DNA of 64,000 nucleotides from Camelus ferus (Eukaryota), in contig NC_045697.1 of assembly GCF_009834535.1 (NCBI RefSeq), forward strand, positions 57,972,001 through 58,036,000. The letters are read 5' to 3'. Below, in pieces: positions 52,196 through 64,000 of this stretch (positions are counted from its first letter, which is position 1; each line of letters starts with the position of its first letter). Under the pieces are notes generated by a model. That model ran no database searches and was not told the origin of the DNA. It worked only from the letters and a program-made list of their open reading frames with translations. The position numbers and the translations under genes are program-made.

Positions 52196-54429
52196 GAGAA
52201 GTTCTTAAATTATATTTGTAATTTGAACATGCTAATTAATCATCCCTTCTCCCTTTCAAGTTCTGATCAATAATAACAGACATAAAAATTCAAATGGAAT
52301 TAACACACAGTATCATACGGTACACATAATTTACATACAGTAGAGTTAGATTAGAGAATATGATGGTATCTTCTATCCTACTTGGGACTGAAATCTCAAG
52401 ACCCACACAAGCCTGCCTTCCTCAGGGAGAGAGGCCAGTAGATGATATAAAGTATTTCCTCAGAACCATCTCTCTACCCGAGCTGGAAGTTTTGGCCAGA
52501 GGAAAAGAATCAGAGAGGAGAGTACACTTGGAAGGTGGGAGGGCAAGGGAATGAGAATGCGCTGATAGCAACTGCTACTTTGAAAAGGGGGAAACCAATG
52601 GGTATGAAACTCAGAAATCAGATAAGTCACTCGGCATCCTAAAGGAGAGGTGAGTGAGGTGATAGAAATGTGGCTCGTAAGTGTTCACCAGGCTACTCCT
52701 CCCTTGAGAAAAGAAGCTGAACTTTTTCTTCTCCTTAAAGGAAAACGAAAAATCTCAAACAAAAGCATGGCGAGGGAATAAGCATTCTTTGACCAGAGAT
52801 TTCATAGGGATTGGGACATTGCTAGGTTAGAAACACTTCCTGCAAGTGTTTGCTCTTTTAACAAACATTGGACCATAGTATGTGACAGGGATTGTGCTTC
52901 CACAGGATGAAAAAAATAATAAGCAAAGATTAATAGATTCACTGATGTATGGATTTTAGTTAGAGGAAGGTGCTTAGAATTCTTCAAAAGACCGTGTGCT
53001 CCATAATGCACAGGTAATAATATACCCCCCAATAGATGAGGGTGTCCAACACAAATTCTTTGCAATCTCCCAGGATATATTCTTAAGCATTCTACAAGTA
53101 TTTGATCTAGTGCTGAGGGAGCTGGACTACGTAAAAGACTCTCAAACCTTTTCTTAGTACAGACTCCTTCAAGTAGATAAAACTCTTATTTAAAACCTTG
53201 AAATGTAAGCTAATAAAAGATTCTCTGCTTGGTCTCTCCATCATCATCTTCACCTTCCCCTGAGGAGTCCTGAAAAACTTTCATCTCTAAAGGACATATT
53301 TGAAGACCACTGGACTCATGAGCAACAAGCATTTTTTTCCCCAGTTTACTAAAGTGCTAATTCTAAGGAAGTCTATCTTTAACACACATAGCCAGAAAGC
53401 TTAAATGAAAAGACACTGCTAGCAGAATCCTCTTTTAAAACATTCTTTTCTTTAAAGTGCAACCAGAAAATAAGAAAAAAAAAACCCCACACGTTTCTAA
53501 GAATGTCTTAGTAAACATGTATTTTTTCTAAATTATGATCAAAAAAGTTATTCATTATAAAGATGATACTATATAAGTAAATTAAAATATTGTTTTTGCT
53601 CTAAACTTGCTTAAAATAGTTTTTTGCTTAAGCATAAAGTATATTAATAAAACATTCAAATAAGATGTTTAGCAAATTTTCCTGCTTTTAGAGCTTTCTT
53701 TTGTCAAGTTCTCTAAATTGAAGCTATTGTAATAATTATAGCTAGTCTATTTCTATGTATTTCTAAGTATTTACAACAAAATTTAAGCCTGAACAATAAT
53801 ATATGTTTATAGACATATGAATTAAAATACGTCCTGTCAAATATTCCTTTGTCCTCATATGTAATATCATAACATATATCAATACAGTATTTTGTAATGA
53901 CAGCTCTAGCTGTTTTTCTTCCGTGCCTCTGTTCTTCCTGCTTCTTTAAAATACAGACCATTGAGAAGAAGTGAAGCCATTAGAATACCCATTTTATATT
54001 AGCACTCATAGTACACAGTAACGTTGAATGAAAAATTGGCAAAGGATAAGAGCTTGACAGGGTTTTTTCTGTGCTTTGCTATTTTTCCTGGGCACATGCA
54101 GATGGCTATTTAAGAATGGGCACAGTGTTCAGCCTGAGGTTTGCCAACAATGTAGACTTAGAAGGTAGAATAAAGAAAGTCATCAATGAGCACAGTAATG
54201 GCAGGAAATGGTTCAAAAGAGAGCCTTGTGTTGCATACAGAAATATCCTAAAGTGCCTAAAAGTAACTTCAGTAATCATTCATTATAAAATTTAGGTTTT
54301 CAATTTTGGAAGAGTGTACCTAGCCAAAAAACAAAAAAAGAAGGAAAGAAAAAAAGAAAAAAAATCTGAGCTGAATAATGTAGTTACCTAAAAGCTTTGG
54401 AAAGTCAGTCTTCATAACTAGAATGTCAT

Positions 54430-54870
54430 TAATCCATTTATTTTTCATTTATAGAGTCAACAAATATTTATAGCTTGTTAATGATGTGCCAGGCACTATA
54501 CTAGGAACCAGAGATAAAGTATGGGCCAGACAGCATTAGGTATGCTTTTACAGAACTTTCATCCAAATAAAATAGACATACAGTTAAACACACAAATCAA
54601 ATTACAAGTGATGTGTCCCATAAGATATTTTCTCTAGGGAGCTGTGTGGTCTACTGGAGGGACCATGAATTTTGAGGTTCCTGACAACTGCTTTCAGGAT
54701 TCTCACTCAGACACATGCCAGTTTTGCTACCTTAGAAAAGTTATTTAACTTGTATGAGACCATTTCACTAAGTGAACAATAGCTACACTGCTTGATAGTT
54801 TTGCCTCAAACATTAAATGAAACAGTGAACATAAAGGACATTATACCTGGCACATGCATGTATTTAAGAT
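54430..54870. mobile_element. L2 3' end (minus, about 54430-54660) followed by a MIR (plus, about 54670-54870)
   Basis: tcaacaaatattta..atgtgccaggcactatactagg; ccttagaaaagttatttaac..cctggcacatg. Confidence 0.65.
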
Positions 54871-55132
54871 TTTGTATCTGCTGTCCCAAGTTTTCAATAA
54901 TAAAAGCAGAGATTAATGAGGTTCTGACACTTTATCTAAATTATTCTCAGAAAAATTCTGTGGGCCATTCCAAAGTCATTACTGTAATTACAGTGAAAAC
55001 TTTGATTTTTGGTGTGTGTAATGGTATTTCAAAAGAATTAATTTTATTCTTTCCTTTTATTGTATCTTGCTTTAATTTTTCCTATACACAAATATTTTAT
55101 TTTTATAACCTTAGGAGGGATACTAAAAAGCT

Positions 55133-55713
55133 GAGTTGACCCTCATTACTTATAGATCTTGTATATGCCAATTTGCCTAGTGGCTAACGTTTATTTATAA
55201 CCGCTAAATCAATATTCACAGAGCTTTGGTGTGATTTGCTGACATGTGCGGAGTGAAGGAAAAATTTGAGTTGCCCAGCTGCCATGTTCCCACGTGAGGT
55301 GAGAGGAAGTAACACTCTGCCTTCTTCTCTGGCTCTCATACAGATGTCACTTAGGATGGAGACATGGGGAGTGTGGTTAATGCAAGAAGCTCCTGTTCAG
55401 GGGCCAGCTGGATGGGGTTTGAATCCCAACCCTGGCACCTGTTAGTCGGGGGGGCCTCAGTCAAATCACTTATTCTGAACCTTTGTCTTCTCTTTAGTAA
55501 AATAAAAAATAAAATAAAATCTACCAGGATGAGTTTTTTTTAATGGTTTAAGATTATAATCTATGTGAGCTATATGTGTTTGTAGTATGCTGTTGGGTAG
55601 ATACATAGGTAGAGACGACTATATTTCCCCTAGAAACAATGATTCAGTGTTTGCTAATTCAGCATTTGTAAGATTTTATTGAATGTAACTACCACAAATA
55701 ACAGAATTGATTG
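55133..55713 (+). mobile_element. MER82-like TcMar-Tigger non-autonomous element containing a MIR-derived segment
   Basis: agttgaccctcatta ... aaaatttgagttgccc ... ctctgccttctt; MIR-like gggtttgaatcccaaccctggcac; right end tgtaactaccacaaataacagaattgattg|ta. Confidence 0.75.
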
Positions 55714-55728
55714 TAATTTTTTGTTTTA

Positions 55729-55930
55729 CAGTTGACCCTTGAACAACACAGGTTTGAAATGCATGGATCCACTTCCATGAGGATATTTTCTTCAATAAAC
55801 ACTCACTACAGTACTACACGATCTGCAGGTGTGAAATCACGGATAAGGGGGACCGACCAGAAAGTTACACCAGGATTTTTGACTACCTTGGGATTGGTAC
55901 CCCTAATACACATTGTTCAAGGGTCAACCA
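55729..55930. mobile_element. Tigger2-derived MITE (second copy)
   Basis: TA|cagttgacccttgaacaa ... ttgttcaagggtcaac; homologous to 50957-51174. Confidence 0.9.
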
Positions 55931-58000
55931 TGTATAGTTAAGATTTTATTTTCAATTCCATGTGCTATTAAAGTAATTACTAAAAAATAAACTATACTTT
56001 GGACTTAACCCAAATACTGTGGTTAATTTCCTTTTGGAATAGGAAAAGGCATTAATGTTAGTCTTAGGGGGCAGTGAGTTTCACTCAGGAGATACAGTTT
56101 ACACTTCATGATAAAGTGATTCAATTTCCCTATTTTTTGCATAGTAAAGCAATTTTGAATGCATTTGTTACTTCCATAGATAAAATTTTGAAAAGACAAC
56201 ATGGTCTGAAAGTTTAATGTTACAATTTGTGAAAACAAGAATTATCAGACTCTGTCACATTTCAACTGCTTACGTAACTGAATTACATAGTAAAAAATCA
56301 TACGTGAAATTACAATGAATATAAGACCCCTCAGTACTCTGTAACAATATAGTTTGTGAAAATAGAGAAAATTCACGTACCTATGTTTAGACTGATTATC
56401 AATAGCTATCTATATAATTAGATATAATACTGCAATTTTTAAAAATTCCATTATTTGAAATTAAATATTATAGGAAATCCTATTAGGTTTCTTTGAGTTA
56501 AAAGAATAATCTTTAAAAATCTGAGATGTAGCTGAACACGATACTCTTACTTTAGCCTTTATGATCCAAATACCTCAGAGAGAATAATTTAAACTCAAGC
56601 TCTAAGTTACTCAAGATTTTTACCTTAAACAATAGATTCTGAAAACTAATCTATGATAATTTAAAACCAGTTTTTCTGTGTTGAGCATTAGTCTCTTTCA
56701 AAATATTTTCCAAAGAGATTTGTCAGACAATGCAGACTGCAGTTGAAATTATGATCTCAAAACATCCTAAATATGCTATGCAAAATTAGCTGCCCAGAAT
56801 TAATGTTTATATATATTATTATGTATTTTAAACCAAGCTCATTCTCAAAGAACTGGTAGAAAAAAAGAAATTTCAAAAACTGATTAAAGTTAAATAATTC
56901 TCATTTGGACAAAAAGTAGTTCCACATTTAGAGTGACCTGCCAGCATACATCCTGGTTTTTATTCTTTTTTCTCTTCTGCCTCAGATAGCTAACATACAA
57001 GGTCCATTAAAACATGTGTTATATATATGAATGCTTGTGTTAAAATACGAATAAATGTTATTAGTGAGAATATGCATCCTATTTCTTTGGATGCTAACCT
57101 AAAATAAATTGGCATTTTTCTTCAAAGACTAGTTCATGACAGTGTTGTGACCTCGATTTTACTAATTCATAATATACTGAGCAGCCCTGCAAGTAGGTGC
57201 AAATAGCTAAAATAATCACTTTTTGAAATGATAAAAGTCATAATTACAACACAATTCTGACTCTGTCACCATATGATTTCTATAAAAAGACGTAAACTTA
57301 AGTAGGCAGCTAACTGAATGAAGTTACATAAGTTTCTCAGTGGTCATGTAACCTGAGCACAACTTCTAGGATTCCTGTTTTTTTTACAACGTGAACACAA
57401 ATTGATCACAGAGACTTTTCTGAATCCAACCATACAAATAGAACTCTATGGATACCAATATAGGAAATAGATGTGAGCAATGTTTAAAAATAACATGAGT
57501 TAAGTTCCTGGCTCTGTGGATTTGCCATGGAATTAGACATAATAATAACGAGAAGAAAATGTCTTGATATTAAATAAGGATGAGATATTTTTAAGGTGAA
57601 ATTCAGCATTAAAAATTCTAGCTTCACTAATGGTACAAGTAACTAATAGTCAGCTTATTTGAACTCTGCTGCCAGGTTATTTCCACTATGCTACAGTGCT
57701 TCCTTGAAATGGCTTTGAAACACAATTACACACTTCATAAATATATTAGCATTCATTATAGCTGAGTTCATTATTATATGTATTGAAATATACTTTGGAT
57801 CAAATCATGTTCCTTAAAACTCAACCTTTACCAAAAAGTCTTATAAATAAGATGATAAGCCTACAAGGTAAGCATTCAACTTGCGCCTTCAAATCAGCAG
57901 AATTACAGCCTATACCGTTCTTCAGAATCATAAGCCAGGAAAATATCAAAGAAGCAAAACATAGTACACTTCCATAAGGCCAACACCATGTAAACTAGGC

Positions 58001-58439
58001 TGTGATAGGAAGAATAAGGTCCCCCCAAACAGGTCTACATCCTAATCCCCAGAACCAATGGATGTTATCTTATACGATAAAAGGCATTTTTGCAGATGTG
58101 ATTCAATTGAGAATATTAAAACAGGGAGATTATTCTGGATTATCCATATAGGCCCAAAATAATCACAAGGCCCCTAACAAGGCTAAGGAGGAATACAGGA
58201 GAGACAGATAAAAAAGATGATAGTGTCAAAAGGACTCAGTCCAATCTCGCTAACTATGAAGATAACGGAATGGGGCCATGAACCAAGGAAATGCAACTGG
58301 CCTTTAAAAACTGAAAAAAAAATATAGTAAAAGATTCTCTCAGAGCCTCCAGAATCAACCCTGCCAACAACACTGGGATTTTAGCCCAGTGAGACAGACC
58401 CTTTATGGACACCCATTTTGGACTTCAGACCACTACAGT

Positions 58440-58471
<32 letters not shown>

Positions 58472-58481
58472 TCTGTTTAAG
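58001..58481 (+). mobile_element. MaLR LTR (MLT1D-like) with a (TG)n expansion at 58441-58472
   Basis: catcctaatccccagaacc ... tttgcagatgtgatt ... gggagattattctggattatcc ... agagcctccaga ... tttagcccagtgagac. Confidence 0.85.
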
Positions 58482-59029
58482 CAGATTATTATTTTGGAGG
58501 TGATGGAACTATTCTGTACCTTATTTATGTTTGTAACTATATGTCAGTATGTTTTTATTAAATCTCACAGAATTGTATAATAAGAGTACTAAATTTTACT
58601 GCAAGTAAATGTAAAATTTTTTTAAAGGTAATTTTAATTTTGAAGAAGTGTTTCAAATTTGTATTTAGATAATTCTCTGATTTTGTTTCCCATGTATAAT
58701 ATTTCATTTTATCATCATCTTCAAAAAGTAAATTAATGTATTCCTTATTCATTAAATACATTTAAAATATTCATATTGATTGAATTGGAATCTTTTGTGT
58801 GTGACCATTGACACTGTTTTGAAGAAATGGAAAACTTATAATTCAATTAATTATTCCTTGAATAAAAATGTATTGTTTATTCTATGTACTAAATTTTAGT
58901 TGAGACAAGCATGAATGGAAAGATAATGTTGAATTCCTGAAAAGCTTCATTAGAAATCTAAGAAATGTCACGATTTAGGAACAGTGATAAACTATTCAAT
59001 AATTTGATTCATAAAATTCATATTCTTTG

Positions 59030-59400
59030 GCACCAATCAAAAATTACCAGACATGCAGAAAAAAATAGGATAATAAGAGTCATAACACAGAGTAAAAACT
59101 ACCAATATAAACAGACCCAGAAATGACAAAGATGGTGAAATTCACCAGCAAATATTTCAAACATACATTATAAATTTTTTTTTTAATTAAAGGAAATTTA
59201 AGACAAAATTTTGCAGACACTGGAGTTAGCAGATTTGACAATGCAGAAGAAAATAGCCATGAACTTGAAAGACAGAATTGAAACACACCAAACAAGAGGA
59301 CAGAGGATAAAAAGGTTGGTAAATATGAACAAATCTATGGGTGATCAATGGGACCATATCATGCAATCTATACTGTAATTGAAGTCACAGAAGATGAGTC
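59030..59400 (+). mobile_element. Old L1 ORF1 5' fragment
   Basis: aaaattaccagacatgcag ... aacagacccagaaatgaca ... atgcagaagaaa..tgaacttgaaagacag. Confidence 0.65.
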
Positions 59401-60580
59401 AAATAGCTTTATTTTATTCCATAGGCTTTATGGTCATATTACTGTATTTGCTTTAAAAAGAATAATCCAACAACACTTTGTAAAATGTATCACACTTGAA
59501 AGTGACTGATAACAAGAAGAAAGACTATGAAGGAGATGATTGCTAGCACAAGTGTGACATAATACTGATATCAGCAGTAATGTTAGCAGAAATAAAATAA
59601 CAATTACTTGGTTTCTTTAATAAAACTGTTGTTCAGTATTTCCTTACCAATACATTTGCAGAATGTCTACTAAGAAGCTTGTGTATTGTACCAAGAGCTG
59701 AGGGAGTGAAAAAATGTAGATTATTAGGACAAAAATAGAAAAGTGTTATAACAAAGGTATTTGTAAGATATGGGTATTGAGAGAGAATTCATATTTCCAC
59801 ATATTTTAACAGTTAACTTGCTCTAGACCATCTTCTCCAGAATATTGTTATAAGCAAAGAACATTCAATAAATGGTGGCATATCCTACATTCCATGGTAA
59901 AAAAAGATAGATATCTCCTTCTACCACCAACCCCAGGTTTACTTACATTCCAGATAGCAAAGATGGAGATGCCTCCCTCTCCTCCTAAGCACAAATATGT
60001 AGGTCAGTATCATCAAGACAGTGTCTCTCTTCATAGGGGAGTATGGGCAGTTTTCCAGCAATGCTTTTTATAAAATTGAGGTTTCCTAAACTTCAGGTTC
60101 CTCTTCTATAGTACATCACACAGTGTGCACAAGCAATACCTAATCCTCTTTTCATCTCTTTGTGGTAATTGGGGATCAGAGAACTGGCACAATATGTAAC
60201 TCTAGCTACTGTAATAGCATTAAGACATTTTCTTGTATTTTGGATAGACAGATGAACTTGTTAGCTTGAGGTTGGGTAAAATCTCATAACTTTTACAGTT
60301 TCTGACTTTCCAATAAGGGCACGAGAGAGAGTACAGATTGACTACTCGGCACAGAGAAGTTAGGTATAGCTTCATTATCACAAGTGACATTGCACTAGAC
60401 ATTGAAGAAATGTCTGCCCTTGTAGGCAGGAGAAGCTGCTTGTTTTTTAAACTAGAGAGAGTTTTTATGAGGTGTAGTGCCAAAGGCATTTTCAGTCTGA
60501 TAAATAATGACTAATACTTAGCCTGAAGAACAAACAGCAAGTTTTGGAAACGGGAAGTTTTTTTTTAAGTATATCCTCTC

Positions 60581-62776
60581 CAATACATTAAACGAATCAT
60601 GCACCATGATCAAGTCAGATTTATCTCAGGGATGCAGGGATTTTTCAATATATGCAAATCAACCAACATGATACACCCCATTAACAAACTGAAGAATGAA
60701 ACCCATGTGATACTCTCAATAGATGCAGAAGAAGCTTTTGATAAAATTCAACATCCATTTATGATCAAAACTCTCCAGAAAGTGGGCATAGATGGAACAT
60801 ACCTCAACATAATAAAGGACATATATGACAAACCTACAGCTAACATCATACTTAATGGGGAAAAGCTGAAAGCTTTCCCTTCAAGATCAGGAACAAGATA
60901 AGGATGCCCACTCTCACTACTTTTATTCAACATAGTTTTGGAAGTCTCAGCCATAGCAATCAGAGAGGAAATAGAAATAAAAGGAATCCAAATTGGAAAT
61001 GAAAAGGTAAAACTGTCATTGTTTGCAGATGACATGATACTATACATAGAAAACCCTAAAGAAGCAACCAGAAAACTACTAGAGCTCATCAATGAATTCA
61101 GTAAAGCTGCAGGATACAAAATTAATATACAGAAATCAGTTGCATTTCTATACACTAACAATGAAATAGAAAGGGAAATTAAGGAAACAATATCATTTAA
61201 CATCATGCCAAAAAGAATCAAATACCTGGGAATAAACCTTCCCAAGAAGGCAAAAGACCTGTATGCTGAAAACTATAAGATACTGATCAAGGAAATGGAA
61301 GAAAACATAAACAAATGGAAAGATATATTGTGTTCTTGGGTAGGAAGAATCAATATTGTTAAAATGGCCATACTGCCCAAGGCAATTTACAGATTCAATG
61401 CAATCCTCATTAAGTTACCAATGACATTCTTCACAGAGCTGGAACAAAACCTTTTAAAATTTGTATGGAAACACAAAAGACCTCAAATAGCCAAAACAAT
61501 CTTGAAAGAGAAGAATAGAGCTGGGGGAATCAGGCTCCCTGACTTCAGACTATACTACAAAGCTATATTAATCAAAACAGTATGGTACTGGCACAAAAAC
61601 AGACACATAGATCAATGGAACAGGACAGAAAGTCCAGAAATAAACTCACGCACGTATGGTCAGTTAATCTATGACAAAGGAGGCAAGAATATACAATGGA
61701 GAAAAGACAGTCTCTTCAATAAGTGGTGCTGGGAAAACTGGACAACTACCTGTGAAAGACTGAAATTAGAATATTCCCTAATACCATGTACAAAAATAAA
61801 TTCAAAATGGATTAAAGACCTAAATGTGAGACCAGATACTGTAAAACTCCTAGAGGAAAACACAGGCAGAACACTCGTGGACATACATTACAGCAATATA
61901 TTTTTTGAACCAGCTCCTGGAGTATTGGAAATAAAAGTAAAAATAAACAAATGGGATCTAATTAAACTTAAAAGCTTTTGCACAGCTAAGGATGCCATCA
62001 ACAAAACGAAAAGACAGCATACAGAATGGAGAAAATATTCGCAAATGATGTGACTGACAAGGGACTAATTTCCAAAATATACAAAGAGTTCATACACCTT
62101 AATATCAAAGAAATAAGCAACCCAATCCAAAAATGGGCAGAAGATCTAAACAAGCAATTCTCCAACAAAGACATAAAAATGGTCAATAGTCACATGAAAA
62201 AATGCTCAGAATGCTAATTGTTAGAGAAATGCAGATTAAAACTACAATGAGGTATCACTTCAAACCAGCCAAAATGGCCATCATTGAAAAGACTACAAAT
62301 TACAGATGCTGGAGAGGGTGTGGAGAAAAAGGAACCCTCCTACACTGTTGATGGGAATGTAGATTGGTGCAGCCACTAGGGAGGGCAGTATAGAGGTTCC
62401 TTAAAAAACTATAAATAGACTTACCATGTGATCCAGCAATCCCACTCCTGGGCATATATCCAGAGAAAAATAAAATTCAAAAAGACATATGCATCCCAAT
62501 GTTCATAGCAGCACTATTTACGATAGCCAAGACATGGAAACAACCCAAATGTCCATCCACAGATGACTGGATAAAGAAGATGCAGTACATATATACAATG
62601 GAACACTACTCAGCCATAAAAAGAATAAAATAATGCCATTTGCACCAATATGGATGGACCTGAAGATTGTCATTCTAAGTAAAGTGGGCTGGAAAGAGAA
62701 AGAAAAATGCCATATGACATTATTTCTATGAGAAATCTAAAAATAATAACAATAATAATAAGGACACAAATGAACT
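60581..62776 (+). mobile_element. Relatively young L1, truncated at both ends (ORF2 RT region to the start of the 3' UTR)
   Basis: Clear ORF2 translation; stops at acacaaatgaact without the terminal 3' UTR or poly-A. Confidence 0.96.
60599..62053 (+). pseudogene. L1 ORF2 reverse transcriptase region, disabled
   Basis: ORFs 60599-60901 ([23 protein letters not shown]) and 60938-62053 ([18 protein letters not shown]) share a frame and are separated by TAA in place of the Q of GTRQGCP. Frameshift near 62030. Confidence 0.93.
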
Positions 62777-64000
62777 AACTATTATTTTGATTTCTTGAAT
62801 ATGTATAAGCACATTTGACTGTCCTTTATGATTGGATTACCACATTCTGTCAATTCTTATTTTGTAGTTGGCTTTATTCCTTTGATAACTATGTAAGTTT
62901 AAAAAGCTAAAGATCTAAACTGTTCTTAGAAACAATAATTAGTACATACATTAAAACTAAAAAAAATGTGCAGTATGCTGTATATATGTATTACATGCAA
63001 TATAATGTGTATGTGCAGTCGAACTGTAATAATTCTATGTAACAAAACTGAAAAAGGGGGGCGGGGAGTATATTCTCTCCATAAGTCCCAGAAATGCAGG
63101 TACACACCCTCAACACTCTCCTTCCTGCCTTTCCAAATCGTTAGAGTCAACAATAATGAAACACTCTCATGTATGTGTTATACCTTACTCACGTTCAGGA
63201 GGGACGATAAGTAGTCTTAAGAACCAGTATTATACAGTGCAGTGTTAGTTAGCTAATTAGCCAGTTGTTACTTCAGTGTATTATGGAAAGGTGGTTTTAA
63301 AAAATAGAAGATAAAGTTCATAAACTCAGAAGTAAGTAAGACGAATTGACTGTTCAGTCATGTTATTGACTTGTAATAGAAGATTTAACAGCATTCTAGG
63401 CAAGGGAAGTTGCTTGCCATTTAACGTAGGGCAAGTTTTTATACCTTTAATGCCAACTGAAGAGAACGGTACGAGCGTGGTTTGTCTTTGTTTTTAATAA
63501 GTTTTGCAGTAAAATATTACAAATTATTGTACACTTCTAGTATACGACTGGCAGAAGATTGTAGGTGCTTAGTTAACATGAAATGAATGCATTAAAGGTC
63601 TCAGCTGGGGTACCCCTACCCACCCAAAATCCAGGTAAAACTGACTTAACTCCACAAACGACTGCCCAGCCTGGGTAACTGATTTATACATATCACCATT
63701 TCTGTTTATTTTTACCCAGAGGAGACTTAAGAATTATAATAATGACTTTCTCATTTCCTGTTTGAATAGTATGTTTTATATCAACTACTATGTCTGTCCT
63801 TGGAGTTAGAACAATAACTTTATTGCTATTTGAAGTAACCAGCTTTTACCCACTGAAGTAGAATTACTTTTTTATGTGACTTAAATTATAAAAATTAAGT
63901 AGTGTCAAATAGAGTAAAACTGTTCATTTTTTTGATGGAAGTATCTTTATATAATCATAAATCATATAGATATCCTTTCCTCATTTCATGCCCTATCCTC

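Noticed and set aside
52360..52800. Purine-rich block with a 64-aa ORF
   Set aside because: No recognisable protein. It may be a very old LTR, but I cannot assign it.
60748..61245. 165-aa minus-strand ORF
   Set aside because: It is the usual antisense shadow frame of L1 ORF2.
60938..62053. 371-aa ORF as a functional gene
   Set aside because: It is an L1 ORF2 fragment with a non-ATG start after a nonsense codon, no endonuclease domain or promoter, and a downstream frameshift.
1..64000. A novel multi-gene system, CRISPR array or prokaryote-like operon
   Set aside because: The sequence is eutherian repeat-rich non-coding DNA. It has no regular repeat-spacer array, no gene-dense segment and no foreign-looking insert.

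Overview
This is AT-rich, repeat-dense mammalian nuclear DNA, intronic or intergenic. It is most likely camelid (camel, alpaca or vicuna), judged from a tRNA-Ala-derived Vic-1-type SINE and the L1 3' ends. No host protein-coding gene is recognisable. Every ORF in the track with an identifiable product is a transposon remnant (L1 ORF2 or Tigger1 transposase). The window is a mosaic of L1s of several ages, L2, MIR, MaLR/ERVL/ERV1 LTRs, Tigger-family DNA transposons and microsatellites. The best-supported unusual items are a twin-primed 5'-inverted L1 with a TSD (13643-14854), a 33-nt tailless U2 snRNA retropseudogene with a TSD (51234-51266), and a near-intact L1 ORF2 fragment truncated at both ends (60581-62776). 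More tentative items are an anomalously CpG-rich nested LTR (47375-48026), two minus-strand candidate exons in unique sequence (16999-17135 and 8681-8760) and a CTCF-like motif. I found no evidence for a previously undescribed biological system. Repeat names come from recalled consensus sequences rather than a database search. Boundaries of old repeats are approximate to within tens of bp.
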